From positions 3,720,001 through 3,784,000 of the forward strand of contig JAWMAR010000143.1 in NCBI GenBank assembly GCA_036785375.1: a stretch of DNA of 64,000 nucleotides, in the 5' to 3' direction. This document shows, piece after piece, positions 1 to 12,260 of this stretch; position 1 is the stretch's first letter; each line of letters begins with the position of its first letter. The position numbers and the translations under genes are program-made. Source of the stretch: Leucoraja ocellata. Lineage: Eukaryota. Under the pieces are notes generated by a model. The model was not told the DNA's origin, ran no database searches, and saw only the letters and a program-made list of their open reading frames with translations.

Positions 1-1289
1 GCTGTGATAAAGAATACGTTAAATGATTACAGGCTGAATGCCAGCTGCTTTGAATCCCAGTTAACTTGTTAACTCTTTCGGACTTCAATACCCTGCAACA
101 TCTTGTTTCTTTACAGACTGAAAAGAAAATGAAATATAGTCCTTATAAATAGACGTTTCGGCAGTTTATTTGTTTTCTATCTTCCATAAGCTTTTAGAGC
201 AGAAGCATTTTTCTTTTGAAAAAGGAATTGCGCTTCAAGTGAGCTCAACATTTATTTGGTTTGTAGGTTTTTGTTTTGTTACTTGTCGGACACCCTGAGA
301 GTGTTCATTACAATTTACAATATGAATGCGGTTTGGAGGTAATGTTATCATAATTATGTATTGATTGCTATGATTCTGTGCCTCTGTTATGTTAATAGCA
401 ATGGCATTTCCTTCATACTTATTGCATGTTTTTGTCCTGAAAAACAAATTACAGACTAATTTGCTCGCAGGATGGTAAATTTTGTAATTTCAGAATTAAG
501 TTAGAAGTGGGGAGGAAGGGGAAGATGGCTGAGTGACCATCTGGTATACAAGGAGGACTTTGCCCTTTTTCAATATTAAATTGCTGAAAAGCTTTTTAAG
601 CAGTTGCTCAAACTAGGCAAGTATTGTCTAGCCCAAAATTCCGATCTACTGACCTAGAGCGGACTCCACACTTTCATAAAGGGAGTATCGCTTTCACCAG
701 TTATATTTTAAAACCTTGATGTTTCAGTTCATTGGTAATTCCTTCCCAAATCCTGAAAGGGGAATTCTTTACATAAAAGGGCCAAGCACCTGCTTCTTCA
801 AGATACCTTTTTGACGGGTGAGGTTGGAGGTTTCAGAATTAATGGATGGTGGGGTTTTACAAGCTGCCCTAACTTCATTGAACAAAGACATAATTTTGCA
901 TTGTGTTATGTTTTTGGTAAAGTTGTCATTTTTCTAATCTGCTGCCTTAGGGAATTATAACATTGTGCAGAGCCATGATGTTTGCATCCTTGGCATATCT
1001 GAGAGAAAACTGATAGTTGCCAGGCAGAGACCATCATTCAATCAATCCCACCACTAACTATGACGTTATAATGATCAGGGTAGAAGAAATGCCTATCGAC
1101 AATAGACAACTTCTTTGTCATATACACCAAAATGAAATTCCTTCTTCACATGAAGCTCATGGAATTAGGATATGTGGTTATAATAAATACAACACTAAAT
1201 ACAAGTGCAAAACAGCAGAATGGTGCAAAGATTGTAATAGTGCAATAATGGAATAATGAAATGAGGTGGAGTTAAGAGTAAGAATATGG

Positions 1290-1960
1290 GGCAGCATCTC
1301 TAGGAAGGGATGTGAAGGAGGTGATTGGTTCAGGAATCTGCTAGTGGTGTAGTAGAAGCTGTTCTTAAGTCTGGACATCAGAGCTTTCAAGTTCCTGTAC
1401 CTTCTCCAGAAGATAAGAGAGAGAAAAGGGAAAGGCCAAGATGTCAGGGACCCTGGATGATACTTCCAGCCTTCCTGATGCAATGCACCATGAAGATGGA
1501 TGGGAGGAAGTAACAACCCTGTGATGGGCTGGGCTGTGTTCTCCACAAGCTGCAGGTTTGAATGGTAAAGAGAAGAGTCAAGAGTGTTTTATTGTCATAT
1601 GCCCGGATGGGACAATGAAATTCTTACTTGCCATACCAGGCGGAAATGCATTATGTTAGAATATTTAACATTGTGCACCTGTAGAAGTTCAAAAGAATCC
1701 TTGTGGACATATCAAATCTAAAGTAAATATGCTGTTGCGCTTTCTTGTTCACTGCACCAGTGTGAAGGGAGCAGGTTAGAGTGATGTGGATGATGGATAT
1801 GGTGATATGGATGGCAAGAAACCTAAGCTGTCACCCATCTCTGCAACAGGACCATTGATGAGGACAGGGTTGTGTTCACCTCCTCACTCTTAGGTCATCA
1901 ACCTTTTATTTTGTTGATATTAAAGGCTAGGTTGTTGCACAAGGTACCCAATTTTTATTT
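1290..1960 (-). mobile_element. Decayed Rex1/Babar LINE, 3' part
   Basis: ORF 1178..1546(-) contains RRYRNLKALMSRLKNSFY, the Rex1-type C-terminal motif. A short Rex1-like tail (ttttattgtcatatg...acaatgaaattcttacttg) is nested at ~1575-1630. Confidence 0.6.
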
Positions 1961-2275
1961 TCTTGTATTCCAATGTCGACTGGCTGGTTTCTGTTGAGGA
2001 TTGACGCTAATTGTCTCTGTCAGAATGCACTCACATTTTCCAATTAAACCAACAGTGGTAAACTAATTCAGGCTGGGTGAAGGGTTCTTGAGCATGTTCT
2101 ATCCACTGACTCACAGTAATCTTGAAGTAGACTTTCTGCCTCCTTAGAACACTGATGCATTACTCTCTTCATCAGTATCTTGCGCTTGAATCTCTGTCCA
2201 TCGGCCGACAGGAACAGCACTGTCTGATGATTAGGCTGGCCAAAATGTAGATGAGGGTTGGAATGATGGTCATTA

Positions 2276-2390
2276 GGTCATGAGATAGGAGGAGAATTAG
2301 GCCATTCTGCCCAACAAGTCTACTCTGCTATTCAATCATGGCTGATCTATCTCTCCTCCTAACCCCATGCTCCTGCCTTCTCCCCATAGC
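2276..2390 (-). mobile_element. CR1 (HER1-like) LINE 3' end fragment
   Basis: aattaggccatt...ttcaatcatggctgatcta...cctgccttctccccata is the reverse complement of the tail seen at 28594, 31512, 37112 and 42655. Confidence 0.7.
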
Positions 2391-3099
2391 ATCACTCCCT
2401 AAATTGGATTTTTATTTTCTGTACGGGGAGATCTGTTGTTAGGAAGCCCTGATCCAAGTTACTTTCCTACCTGTAGATAATTAGCACATTCATGTGGGAA
2501 CATAGAAATAAGTGTAGACCATTTGGCTTCTTCAATTTGTTTTTCCATTAATTTATTTTAAGTCTGATTTCTACCATATAGCTTAGCTCCATTTCTCTTA
2601 ATTCCGTTGTTGACTCAAGTCTAAAAAATTAAAATTAAAATGAACACTTTACCGAAAAATTGATAAATGATCTTTTTCAAAAAGAGTTCCAAAAATCTGT
2701 CATCTTGTGACAGTTTTTAAATTACTTGCAAGAAGGAATAATGTTTCAAGGAACTCCCGAGGGCTTGCTGAGCACTTTATATACCCAATTTGAGATTGCA
2801 CAGAATTTACAATCCATAAAATTTCAAAATTAATCGATGTGGGAATTTGCCAATCAGAAATTCTCACACATTTTTATTCTGGAGTCGGTTTGGGCCTAGA
2901 CTTGGAAATGACACTACACGAGTTCTCCAACTTTGGCAGGTCTCCATGTCTGCTGGAAGTGCTAATCATAACTTTAGGCAAACTCTGTGCACATTTTAAT
3001 GGAGGAGCCAGAAATCTCCACCAAGGCTAGATCGTTTTAACAGTCTAAAATTGAAAATATTATTCCAGACAATCTCAGTAATAGATAATTAAGTGCTTT

Positions 3100-3460
3100 C
3101 TTCCTTCATTAATTGGATGTGGATGTTGCTTGCAATCCAGCACAATAACCAGTGGTATTGTGGTTAAGTTGCTGTAGTTTCATTCAAAGGAGCTGGAATT
3201 GGATATTTTGGTAAAGCATTTCAGGGATAGTGAAAGACAAACATCTTGAAAGGCCACACTGAGTAAAGGTGAAATTCCTTCACTTGAGAGGGTTAGTGGA
3301 TATTTGGGGTTTTAAGCCAATCGAGGTTTATATTATACTACAATTATTTAATTACTAGAATTTAAATTCCCAGCAGTTGCCTCGTGATTACATTTCTCTG
3401 GATCAATACTCCAAATCTCAAGATGCTACCTGAGTAATTCAACAACCATAGGCACTGCAC
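3100..3460 (-). mobile_element. Old decayed SINE-like repeat
   Basis: gaatttaaattcccagcagttgcc...ctctggatcaatactcc...accataggcactgcaccc resembles the reverse complement of a tRNA-derived elasmobranch SINE head. Heavily diverged. Confidence 0.35.
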
Positions 3461-4211
3461 CCTTCCCTGTTTTAGCTGCATTTTATAATGCTCATGGGAC
3501 ACCCACTGATTGTGGGGGAAACAAACTGCCACTAGAAACGCATGTCTCGTGCTGAGCACCAGCTGCATCTTTAAAAAAAAAGACGGAATGAAATTGTGAG
3601 GGTACTACATGGATTGGCTGTCCTGAATGTTTAATGGCAGGAAGTTTGGGGCTTCTAGGCATACACTGGGAATCCTGGAAATCCTAAACATACTGACCAA
3701 TTCGGAATGGCAAATCTGTCAGTTCATTCCACTGCTGGACTCATCAGTCTTGTAGAGATTAAATTGGGGAATTGCGTCTAGTGGCCGTTGTTACACTGGA
3801 CCTGGTGCGGAAGCACAAACTCACTGATTTCAACGGAGATCGTTAACCCATGGACTAGGAGGCAAAGAACTCCAGCATTTTTGTCTCACAACTTTCAATC
3901 GGACTATTTTGCTTTAGTCTAATGTTTTAATCATTAATGTTTCAGGTATTTCTATTTAATTATGTATTTATTTTAATTATAAAGTAACTTAAAATATATA
4001 TATATTTTTAATTTCAGAGAGCAAAAGAACCAAATTAATTAACCTCCCAACCTTTACAACCTTTGCTTTATCCACAGTCACACCGTACAGGGAGTGCTTT
4101 AGGGGGTGTGACTTCCTCACGATGTATCAGAATTCCTGTCACTGTTCAGAACTTGACATCGGAGCCCAGGATATTTTGTGATAGGCTGTTTGCAACCAGA
4201 TGAGGGTTTGA

Positions 4212-4312
4212 AGTCTGAAGAAGGGTCTCGACCCAAAACGTCACCCATTCCTTCTCTTCGGAGATGCTGCCTGTCCCGATGAGTTACTCCAGCATTTTGT
4301 GTGTATCTATTG
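4212..4312 (+). mobile_element. Penelope-like element terminal unit with a degenerate hammerhead motif
   Basis: CTGAAGA-A-GGGTCTCGACCC-aAAAC-GTC-acccattccttctct...gatgctgcc...ttactccagcattttgtg. Homologous to units at 6395, 21603, 41783 and 59293. Confidence 0.65.
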
Positions 4313-5744
4313 GTGTAAGGAGATTAGGTTAAGAAATAGAGTGAGGAAAAGTATAGAAAATATGCAGAATTTTCCCTTGTAAATGAAAAAAGAATAGCTG
4401 AAGAACAATTGATATACAATTCAGTTGGTTAAAGTTTCGAGGGTTAGAAACACAGATTTCATTTGGGATGATGTGTTGCAATGTTTCCCTCCTGTCAATA
4501 TTTGAGAATGAAGTGGGGGGAAGGATTATTCAAAGTATAAACTGGAAGTCGTTTTTCTGTTATCATTGGCCTAACGGTTTGTAGAATTTGTTCTATCAGG
4601 CTGCCTTCCTTTTAAGAAGCTCCTGTCACAGATCAGACAGGTCAAGTTGCAAGGCAATGGCTAATCAGTTCACACAGCAGATTGTCTGCCTTCAGCTTGA
4701 ATTATCTCAGTCAGACATCCTGGCTGGTTCCGTCAGAAATGTCTGATGGCTTAAGCCTAGCAGGACCCAGAGCTTGGCAACCACTAAGCCAGAGATGAAA
4801 AAAAAGAAATCCTATCTCGATTGGTACTTTTCCCATCTAGGTTCTCCCACTGTAGATCGATGGACTGATCAATAGCTGGTTTTGAGTTGTTCATCTTGCT
4901 GCAGACTGTTTTTAATGGAAACCTTGTGGCTCAGCACAAGCTTTTATCGTGTGTCAGAGGGGTTTGATTTCTACTGCAGCTGGCAGAGGCTCGATTTGAT
5001 TCCCAGTGACAGCTTGTGTAACTTGAGTAGGGAAGGGAATCAACATTAACAAGTACTGATCAATCTCAACACCATTACTTAGTTGAAGCAAATATTGCTG
5101 TTTTGGATAAAATATATGAATGCGGATTTATTATACTGCTTCTAAGCATTAATGGGTTGCAAAGGTTGTGATAAAAATGATTGTGTTAGAGCAACATATA
5201 TAATCATTCACTGAGTCTCTGGATTGAATCTTGAAGTTATGAATTGTAATCTAGGACCCCTGCTTATGAATTAGAGCTTTTAAGGAATATTTTTTAGCTA
5301 TTTGCAATTTCAAGCAATCTTTGTTGTTAATGATGTAATGCTCAAGGGAAATCACACCTCCATATATAAAATATAAAATTGAAAATACACATTTGTTAGA
5401 TTCCTGGCTCAAAGGGTTTCCCATTCTTACCGGCAGTAAAAAAAAACGGATGTATCCTGAAAGATTCAGTAAAGTTTGGTTAAGTTTTAAGCTGGCCACT
5501 CTGTTCTGCAAAAGCACGATCAGTTGCCATTTCTATGTAAAGCTTGATTTGCCATGATTAACTATTCAAGCTGTGTCTAGTCAGTTAGAAGTAAGTAATG
5601 GCCATTTAATCCAATAGTTTATCGCAAGGAATATATGCCACTTTCTGTAATAGAAGAGTAATTTAGAATAGCTAGTATAGTAAGCCATGTATTTATAGGT
5701 CTGCAATTCTTTGTGCCAGGGAAAAAGAAACGTAACAGTGAAGC

Positions 5745-6020
5745 ATTCATTATTAAAATAAAGAAATATATGCTAGTCACTAATAAATCCAATAAGAATT
5801 CTGGAGAAACTTGCTTATCTAGAAGTGATTAATATGTAGAATTTGCTAACCCGATGAAGTAGTGGTGCTCAATAGCATGGATATATTTCAGAGAAAGCTA
5901 GTTAAATATGAAACAGAAAAGAAATAAAAGATATACATATGGGGTTAGATTAAGTAAGGTGGATGAAGGCTTCTGAAGAGCATAAGAGCAGTATAAATCT
6001 GTGGGTTTCTGTGTACCAAT
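5745..6020 (+). mobile_element. Old CR1 3' fragment
   Basis: aaataaagaaatatatgctagtcac...agaagtgattaatatgtagaatttgct resembles the CR1 ORF2 end and 3' UTR. Confidence 0.5.
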
Positions 6021-6309
6021 TCAATGCATTTCAACTTTGTGTGAGGATGCATATTACATTATAAGCATGAGGGGTTCAAATATTTATAGTGAGAGGAATG
6101 TAGTATTTATTTGTAATTAAATATTTGTTTTATGTTTCATATTAACAGTTCCACAAGACATGACAAACTTGTCAAAATTTATTCCACATGTATTGGTTAG
6201 TATCATGGGCTGCCATTGTAAGTCTGTTCTAATCGGGCGCAGAAGAAAGCCTAGTGCCTGTTCTGATGGTTCCACTTTCAGTGCTGTGCTAATCAAAAAT
6301 TGTAAGTAA

Positions 6310-6575
6310 CAAATAAAAACTATAAACGGCTGGAAATTCTCAGTAGATTGACACCGTCTGTGGATAGAGAAACAGATTATATTTGAGGTAAAGAAATTGT
6401 GCCAGAGAAACTCAGCAGGTTAGGCAGCATCCCTGGAGAACATGGTTAGGCGACGTTGTGGGGTGGGACCCTTCTTCAGACATATTTGTGGTCAATTACA
6501 TGTCTTAATTGTTGCTCTTGCAGTAGATCTGCTTGATGAATTGATGAATTTTTCCAGCATTTTCAGTCTTTATTT
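6310..6575. mobile_element. Old head-to-head Penelope terminal pair with a younger unit nested at ~6395-6482 (-)
   Basis: gctggaaattctcagtaga (left) and atttttccagcattttcagtctttatttt (right) are inverted. The inner unit reads aactcagcaggttaggcagcatccctggagaacatgg...gacccttcttcaga. Confidence 0.5.
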
Positions 6576-7659
6576 TATATAATAAAAATGAAAAATGTGA
6601 GTAATAATCTTAAAATGAATAATAGTTTAATTCCAATGTGGAATGTTTTTACTCACAGTGGACAGTATGACAGGCATTGTTGAAAGTTATATACCCGAAG
6701 TGAATTGAGACTGCAGTGGCGCTCTGACATATTGCTTTATGTGTAAATGTGGCCAATGTTCAGCCACAAAAATATTAAATAAAATATCATCTACGGTTAG
6801 AAAATGACCACAGTGCTGAGCAAAGCAACTGTGAAACATTTTGTTCATCTATGACATTTCCACTTTGTTCTAGGTTATGTTGATATCACCTGCGATCAAG
6901 CACCAATTGCTGACGAGCTTCCAATCTTATTTAATTTGATGGAATCATAGAATTGTATGAAAAAGAGGTCACCCAGCCCATTAAATCCATCCCAGTTTTT
7001 TAAAGGACAATCTCATCAGTCCCCTTTAAATGCTTTTCCCGTGAGGTCTGCCAAATTATTTCCCCTCAAGTGCTTATCCCTCACAAGGGAAGGATTAAAA
7101 GTATGTATGTTTGATCTTGTACTCTGACCAGCTTAATGGGCATGATGTGCTTGGACATGCATTGGACATGTACCCAAGTCCATAGTTCTAAAGAGACCTA
7201 CACCATTTGACACATCAGAAGGGTGGTTAACTTTTCCTTCGGTGACTCAATAACCTTTTGGGCGTTGTTCCAGTTTATTGATAATGCATGTAAAATTTGT
7301 AAAATCTGTTGCAATAATGTTGATTATCTTCAGGAACATCGAACAGATATAGTCTAAGGTTTTATGTATGTTGATCTCATGGGGAAGCGATTTAAACAAA
7401 TATTTTAACCCTTCATGCTTATAGTGTAATATGCATCTTCACACAAAGTTGTCCAATTAGAGGACAGTTGATAATTGCTGAACGGATAAATCCTAACTAC
7501 TTCCCTTGAGAAGAGGAAGGAAATGGTTCAGAGCAATAGTTAGTTTTATTTGTTGAGCATATCTGTCCTTCTATTAAAGATTTCCCAATTACAAATTGAT
7601 GCTCTTTCAGGTAGTTAATCAAATAATCATTTGTAAGAAACTTTATGACTTGAAGGCTG

Positions 7660-8370
7660 AGTCATAAAGTCATTTCAGCTCACCACGTAAATGGCGACCA
7701 TCAAGCACCCACACATATTAAACCCGTGTATTAGCACTTGGTCCACAGCCTTCTCTGCCTTGGCAAATCATGTGTTTGTCTAAATACTTAAAAATCATGA
7801 CTGCCTCCAACACCACCTCAGGCAGTTTGTTCCAATCGCCCCCTGAGTGAAGAACTTCTTCCTCAGTTCTCTAAATTGCTCATTTAGATACCTATGAAAT
7901 GGGGAAATAGTTCCTGCAGTCTATCCTACTTATACCCTTCATCTCAGCCTCATCCATTCTAAAGAAAGTAAATCAGGCTGAACTATTCTCTCCTCATAAC
8001 TGCAACACTCCATCCCAGGCAATGTCCTGGTGAATTATACCCTTCCTGTGGCATAGTGACGCGAATGCACACAATATCCAGATGTAGCCTAATTAATATT
8101 TTCAAAAGTTGTGCCATTACCTCCTCTTCTTCTGCGCCAGTGTATAGTGTATATCGTCTTTACCACCTATAAGGATTGTAACATCAAGATCCCTCTGTTC
8201 TTCAATACTAATGCCCTGCCATTCATTGTGTATGTCCTTGCAGTAGTTGTTCTAAAATGTATCATCTCACACTTACGATGATTAAAAAATCCCATCGGCC
8301 CATCGTTCCATCTGATCAATAAGGCCCTTTAGCCTGACATCATCCTTTTCACCAACAATTTTTGTGTGTC
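7660..8370 (-). mobile_element. Decayed CR1 ORF2 end and 3' UTR
   Basis: gcctccaacaccacctcaggcagtttgttcc, catcccaggcaatgtcctggtgaat and caagatccctctgttc are antisense CR1 signatures shared with 14830-15240. Confidence 0.65.
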
Positions 8371-11300
8371 ATGGAGCTGTTGGTAGTTGTGTTCATTTTG
8401 TGCGTCCAAGACTTAAAAGAACAAGATTGTATATATTTTTTAAAAGCTCCAAAATTTGTCTTTTAAAAAAAAAAAAAGGAAATTTAAAACAACATCTTCA
8501 TGCATCTTGTTACCTTGTGCTAATTTCTTAGCTGTTAAAAGATTAGCTATGTTTTAAAAGTAGAGAAGCAATTCCACTACAAACAGCAATATTTTTGGCT
8601 ACAAGGGTTCCAAATTAACTCTGCATTCTCTGTTTTTTGACTGACATCTTGTAAACTAATAACCTGGTTTGTAATCTGTTTGGCTATTGCGTAATAACAC
8701 CAGTCCGGGAGAAAGTAATCTGCTGGTCATTAATTCAATCAGAAAGAATGACAGCATTTTATAGATACTAATTGTTAATCATCAAGAGCTCATAGTCCGC
8801 TGCTTATCTTGTAAGTGAAAACTATCAAAACTTGGCACGGTTTGTGTCTGTTCAATTCTGTTTTACAAACTGTATGACAAATGGCAGCATGTGTGGATGG
8901 GTATGCTAGTCAAAGAGAAATTTTGCCATGTGGCACAGCTGGTAGAGCACACTTCCATGCTATTACTTGCATGTTATCCAGAACCAACTACTTTCTTGTA
9001 ATGGGATAGGAGAAAACCAGGTTGCTGGTGTTTAGAGGTGAGATGCTATAGTAGGTTTTCCAACCCAATTTCATTTTACTTTTGTTGTATGTTACTGGTG
9101 AAGCAAGGGAAACTTCAACTCTGGGCATGGATTAAATATAGCCAAAAAGCAGAGCCTTTGATGAGGGTCGGTACTACAATGTTGAAAGATGATTCAATAG
9201 AAATTAGGACAAAGACTGCATTAGATGATGCTTAATTATACACCTTAGAAAACATAATTTCTCCTAGATATCTCTATCTGAATATATGATATTTACAACA
9301 TTTTTCCCTGTTGCAGTCTTTTTATGCACTCTAACTTTGCCTGCATTACTAGGTCTGACATTAATTAATGTCTTCTTTGATGTAATGTTTGCAGTCTCAA
9401 AATATTCAACACTTTTTTTTGCAAATTGCTTCTTCATCTGCGATTTGCGAAATGTAGCTGTTATCTGTACTTCGTGGAAGATATCCATGACAAGCAATAT
9501 CTTCCAACTATTTTCTCTTTTGGACAAGATAAGGATCTGACATGCAGCTTGCTCCTTAGCCCAGCTTCTTCTCTGTTCATACCCCACTATACATCAGTAT
9601 TCAATGTTTTTCCAGTGCATGCATACAGATGCAGTGCTACTTTGACTGCGATGGCATTTAGACTCCCCCATTTCTCACAAAGGAATTTATATAAAGCTGC
9701 GCACAACAGGAGGATCCAGGATGACATAAATACTTGATGTGAATATCCTGCTCGTCTTCCTCTGGGAGAAAGAGAGTGGACCTCATGTGATAGGCTGGTG
9801 ATTTCAGTGCCAGCTCTTGTCCAGGCTGATTCGGAGTAAGAATTGAGTGCAGTGGGAGGGATACCATCAGAGTCGATATATTGTGACTGACATTGAATGG
9901 GATGCTTGATGCTGTTTGAGTTTTGTTCCACTTTCACTAAAAATGGGTCAGTAAAGGGGTTAAATACAATTAAGTTTGACACTCGATCGGAATAGAATTT
10001 TTAATTCTAATATCCCAGAATACCACACTAACTACCAGCACTTATCCAAAGCAAAACACATCACTCATGCTATCCATTACTGTGCTATAATTATGTTAAG
10101 TGAAGCAGAACAGAATCGATACAGTAATTTATCAGTTTCCTGACTGAATATTCTAACATGTGATATAGATTTTAGGTACAGTTGATTCCCTCTAAGTGAT
10201 TAACCTTTTTGCCATAAATTTTTATTCACTACTGGGACTTTTCTCTTAATAACACTCTTCCCTCTGTTCTGGTGTGGAGCATCAAATCCTAATTTTATAA
10301 AGAATACTCTTACACTAAATTTAATTTGCAATATTCTGAAAAGAGTACGAAATGCAGCAGAAAACAACCCAGCATATGGCAGAGAGTAAACACTAAACAA
10401 ACTAAAAGTGTGTTTTATTTGTCATATGAGCTCACAAATAATATTCATTGCATATGAAATAAATGTATTTTATATCAAAATACTGGCTACCACGTTTTAT
10501 GATAAAAACATTTGTACGTTTTTTTAAATAAATTTGAGTATTTTGCATTCCGTGTTGCTTTTCTTATGGTTTTGTACTTTTAACTTTAGCAATTGGAAAT
10601 TACTGCTATTATATTTAAATGATGTGAAGAACCCTCATGAAACAACGATATGCACTTCCATGTGTAGAAATTTGAATAGGTTTGCCTGTTGCGTCTTATT
10701 CTAAAATGTGAGATCTAGAAAAATATGTTTCTCTGCAACTGAAATATTTTATATATACATTTCTAGTGCGATGTGACCTTCAGGATGATCGAATGTGTGT
10801 GTGTAACACAAGTTATTACATCAAAGTATGATCTGATTATTTTGCTGGAAAATAATTTTCTTTTGTAGAGGGCTTTTTGCTGCATTGAGTTTGTACCATC
10901 TTCCAGCAGAACCATCTTGTATGTTAGCACTTTATGAGAGAGTGCGGAGGACAGCTCTAAATATATACATATTGATTTTCTGAAGGAATTCTCCTTTTCA
11001 TATATGAGGTTCACTGTTTACCTGTATTGCTCCACAGCACAGAATGCTGGTATAATCTTATGACATGGCCTGCATAGATCTGAATGGCTGTATGGTCTAC
11101 AGAATGCCTTCTTGATGATAGCAGTTTGATTGAGGAATTACTCTACTTTTAAAAGAGCTAAAATTGGTGACTACACAATACAGTAAACAATTTTTTCGCA
11201 ATGTGCTGATTAACCATAAAATTGCTTCTGACATCTCATCTCATAACGGTTGATGTGCCAAATATAGATTTTCTGTTTTCTGGTTTGATACATTTTTGTT

Positions 11301-11699
11301 ACCATTGTGGTCTTTACTGAGAATGGAACCAAATATTTAATCGTAATGGTGCCATTGCATATTAACCAATGCTTTGGTCTGTTTGCAGTCGTCTTAGTTC
11401 AGCATTTCATGGTTTAAGGTTTTAACAAAAAAAAAGTAGCAAGAAAAATATTTGACTATTTTGTTTGGCAACTAGAATTAGAACTCTCCTTTAGCTGCTG
11501 AGTTGGTTATGTGCTGATTTTGTTGGCCGATTATATTATGGAAATATCGATGAATGATTACTGAAATGGGAATTCTGTTCGCTCTTGTGATCTGAGCGGT
11601 AAAGTGCATGGTTGGGCTTTCATGATCAAGTAAACTTGAATTTATCTGCAGCCAGGAAAAAAACAGTTCCTACCTATATTACCTACACTTGTTTAATTT

Positions 11700-12260
11700 G
11701 GACTAAGTTGGTTTCTTACCTGCTGTTCACTTAAGGTCTGATGGCGTGAACTGTGGCAGTGCCAGAGAAATTCTCAAAATGGTTGCCAAGCTCTAAAATG
11801 GCTGCCAAGGGCAAAGCTGAGCGCAGGTTCAATAATGTAAAGTCTGCGTTTTCAGGATTTCGTCTTCAGTTTTTAAAACAGAATGTGGCTGGATTTGGCA
11901 GCTGCTCCTTGGCACAGATAGCAATAATGTCATCCAGCAATTCAGGCAGTAAATACACAATTCACTTGCTGGATTTGGCAGGCTTATGTACAGAGCACGA
12001 TAGTGAGGGAAGCAAAACAGTTGTAACATGGCTGCCATATAAAGGCCTTTGCATAAATCATTAAAGAAGAACATTTCTAATTTTACTTAAAAAGTAGGAT
12101 GTTGAGTGAAAGTTGGCGTTGATATCCATAATCCTCAAGCCCAAACACACACAAAAAAATGTAAAGCCTTGTACTTTGAATCAGGCTTCATGAATACTTA
12201 AGATGGCGTCTGCTGCTACCTAAAATGGTTGATATGAAGCCACGTCAGGAAAGCATGTGT
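11700..12260 (+). promoter_or_regulatory. Candidate intronic regulatory element with clustered YY1-like motifs and NFI half-sites
   Basis: Six same-strand motifs at 11738, 11775, 11794, 12025, 12200 and 12221 in sequence with no recognisable repeat. Conservation and binding not tested. Confidence 0.45.

Noticed and set aside
9250-9990. Cluster of 100-130 aa ORFs with faint RT-like or transposase-like words
   Set aside because: Motifs are too degenerate to assign by eye. A profile-HMM search would be needed.
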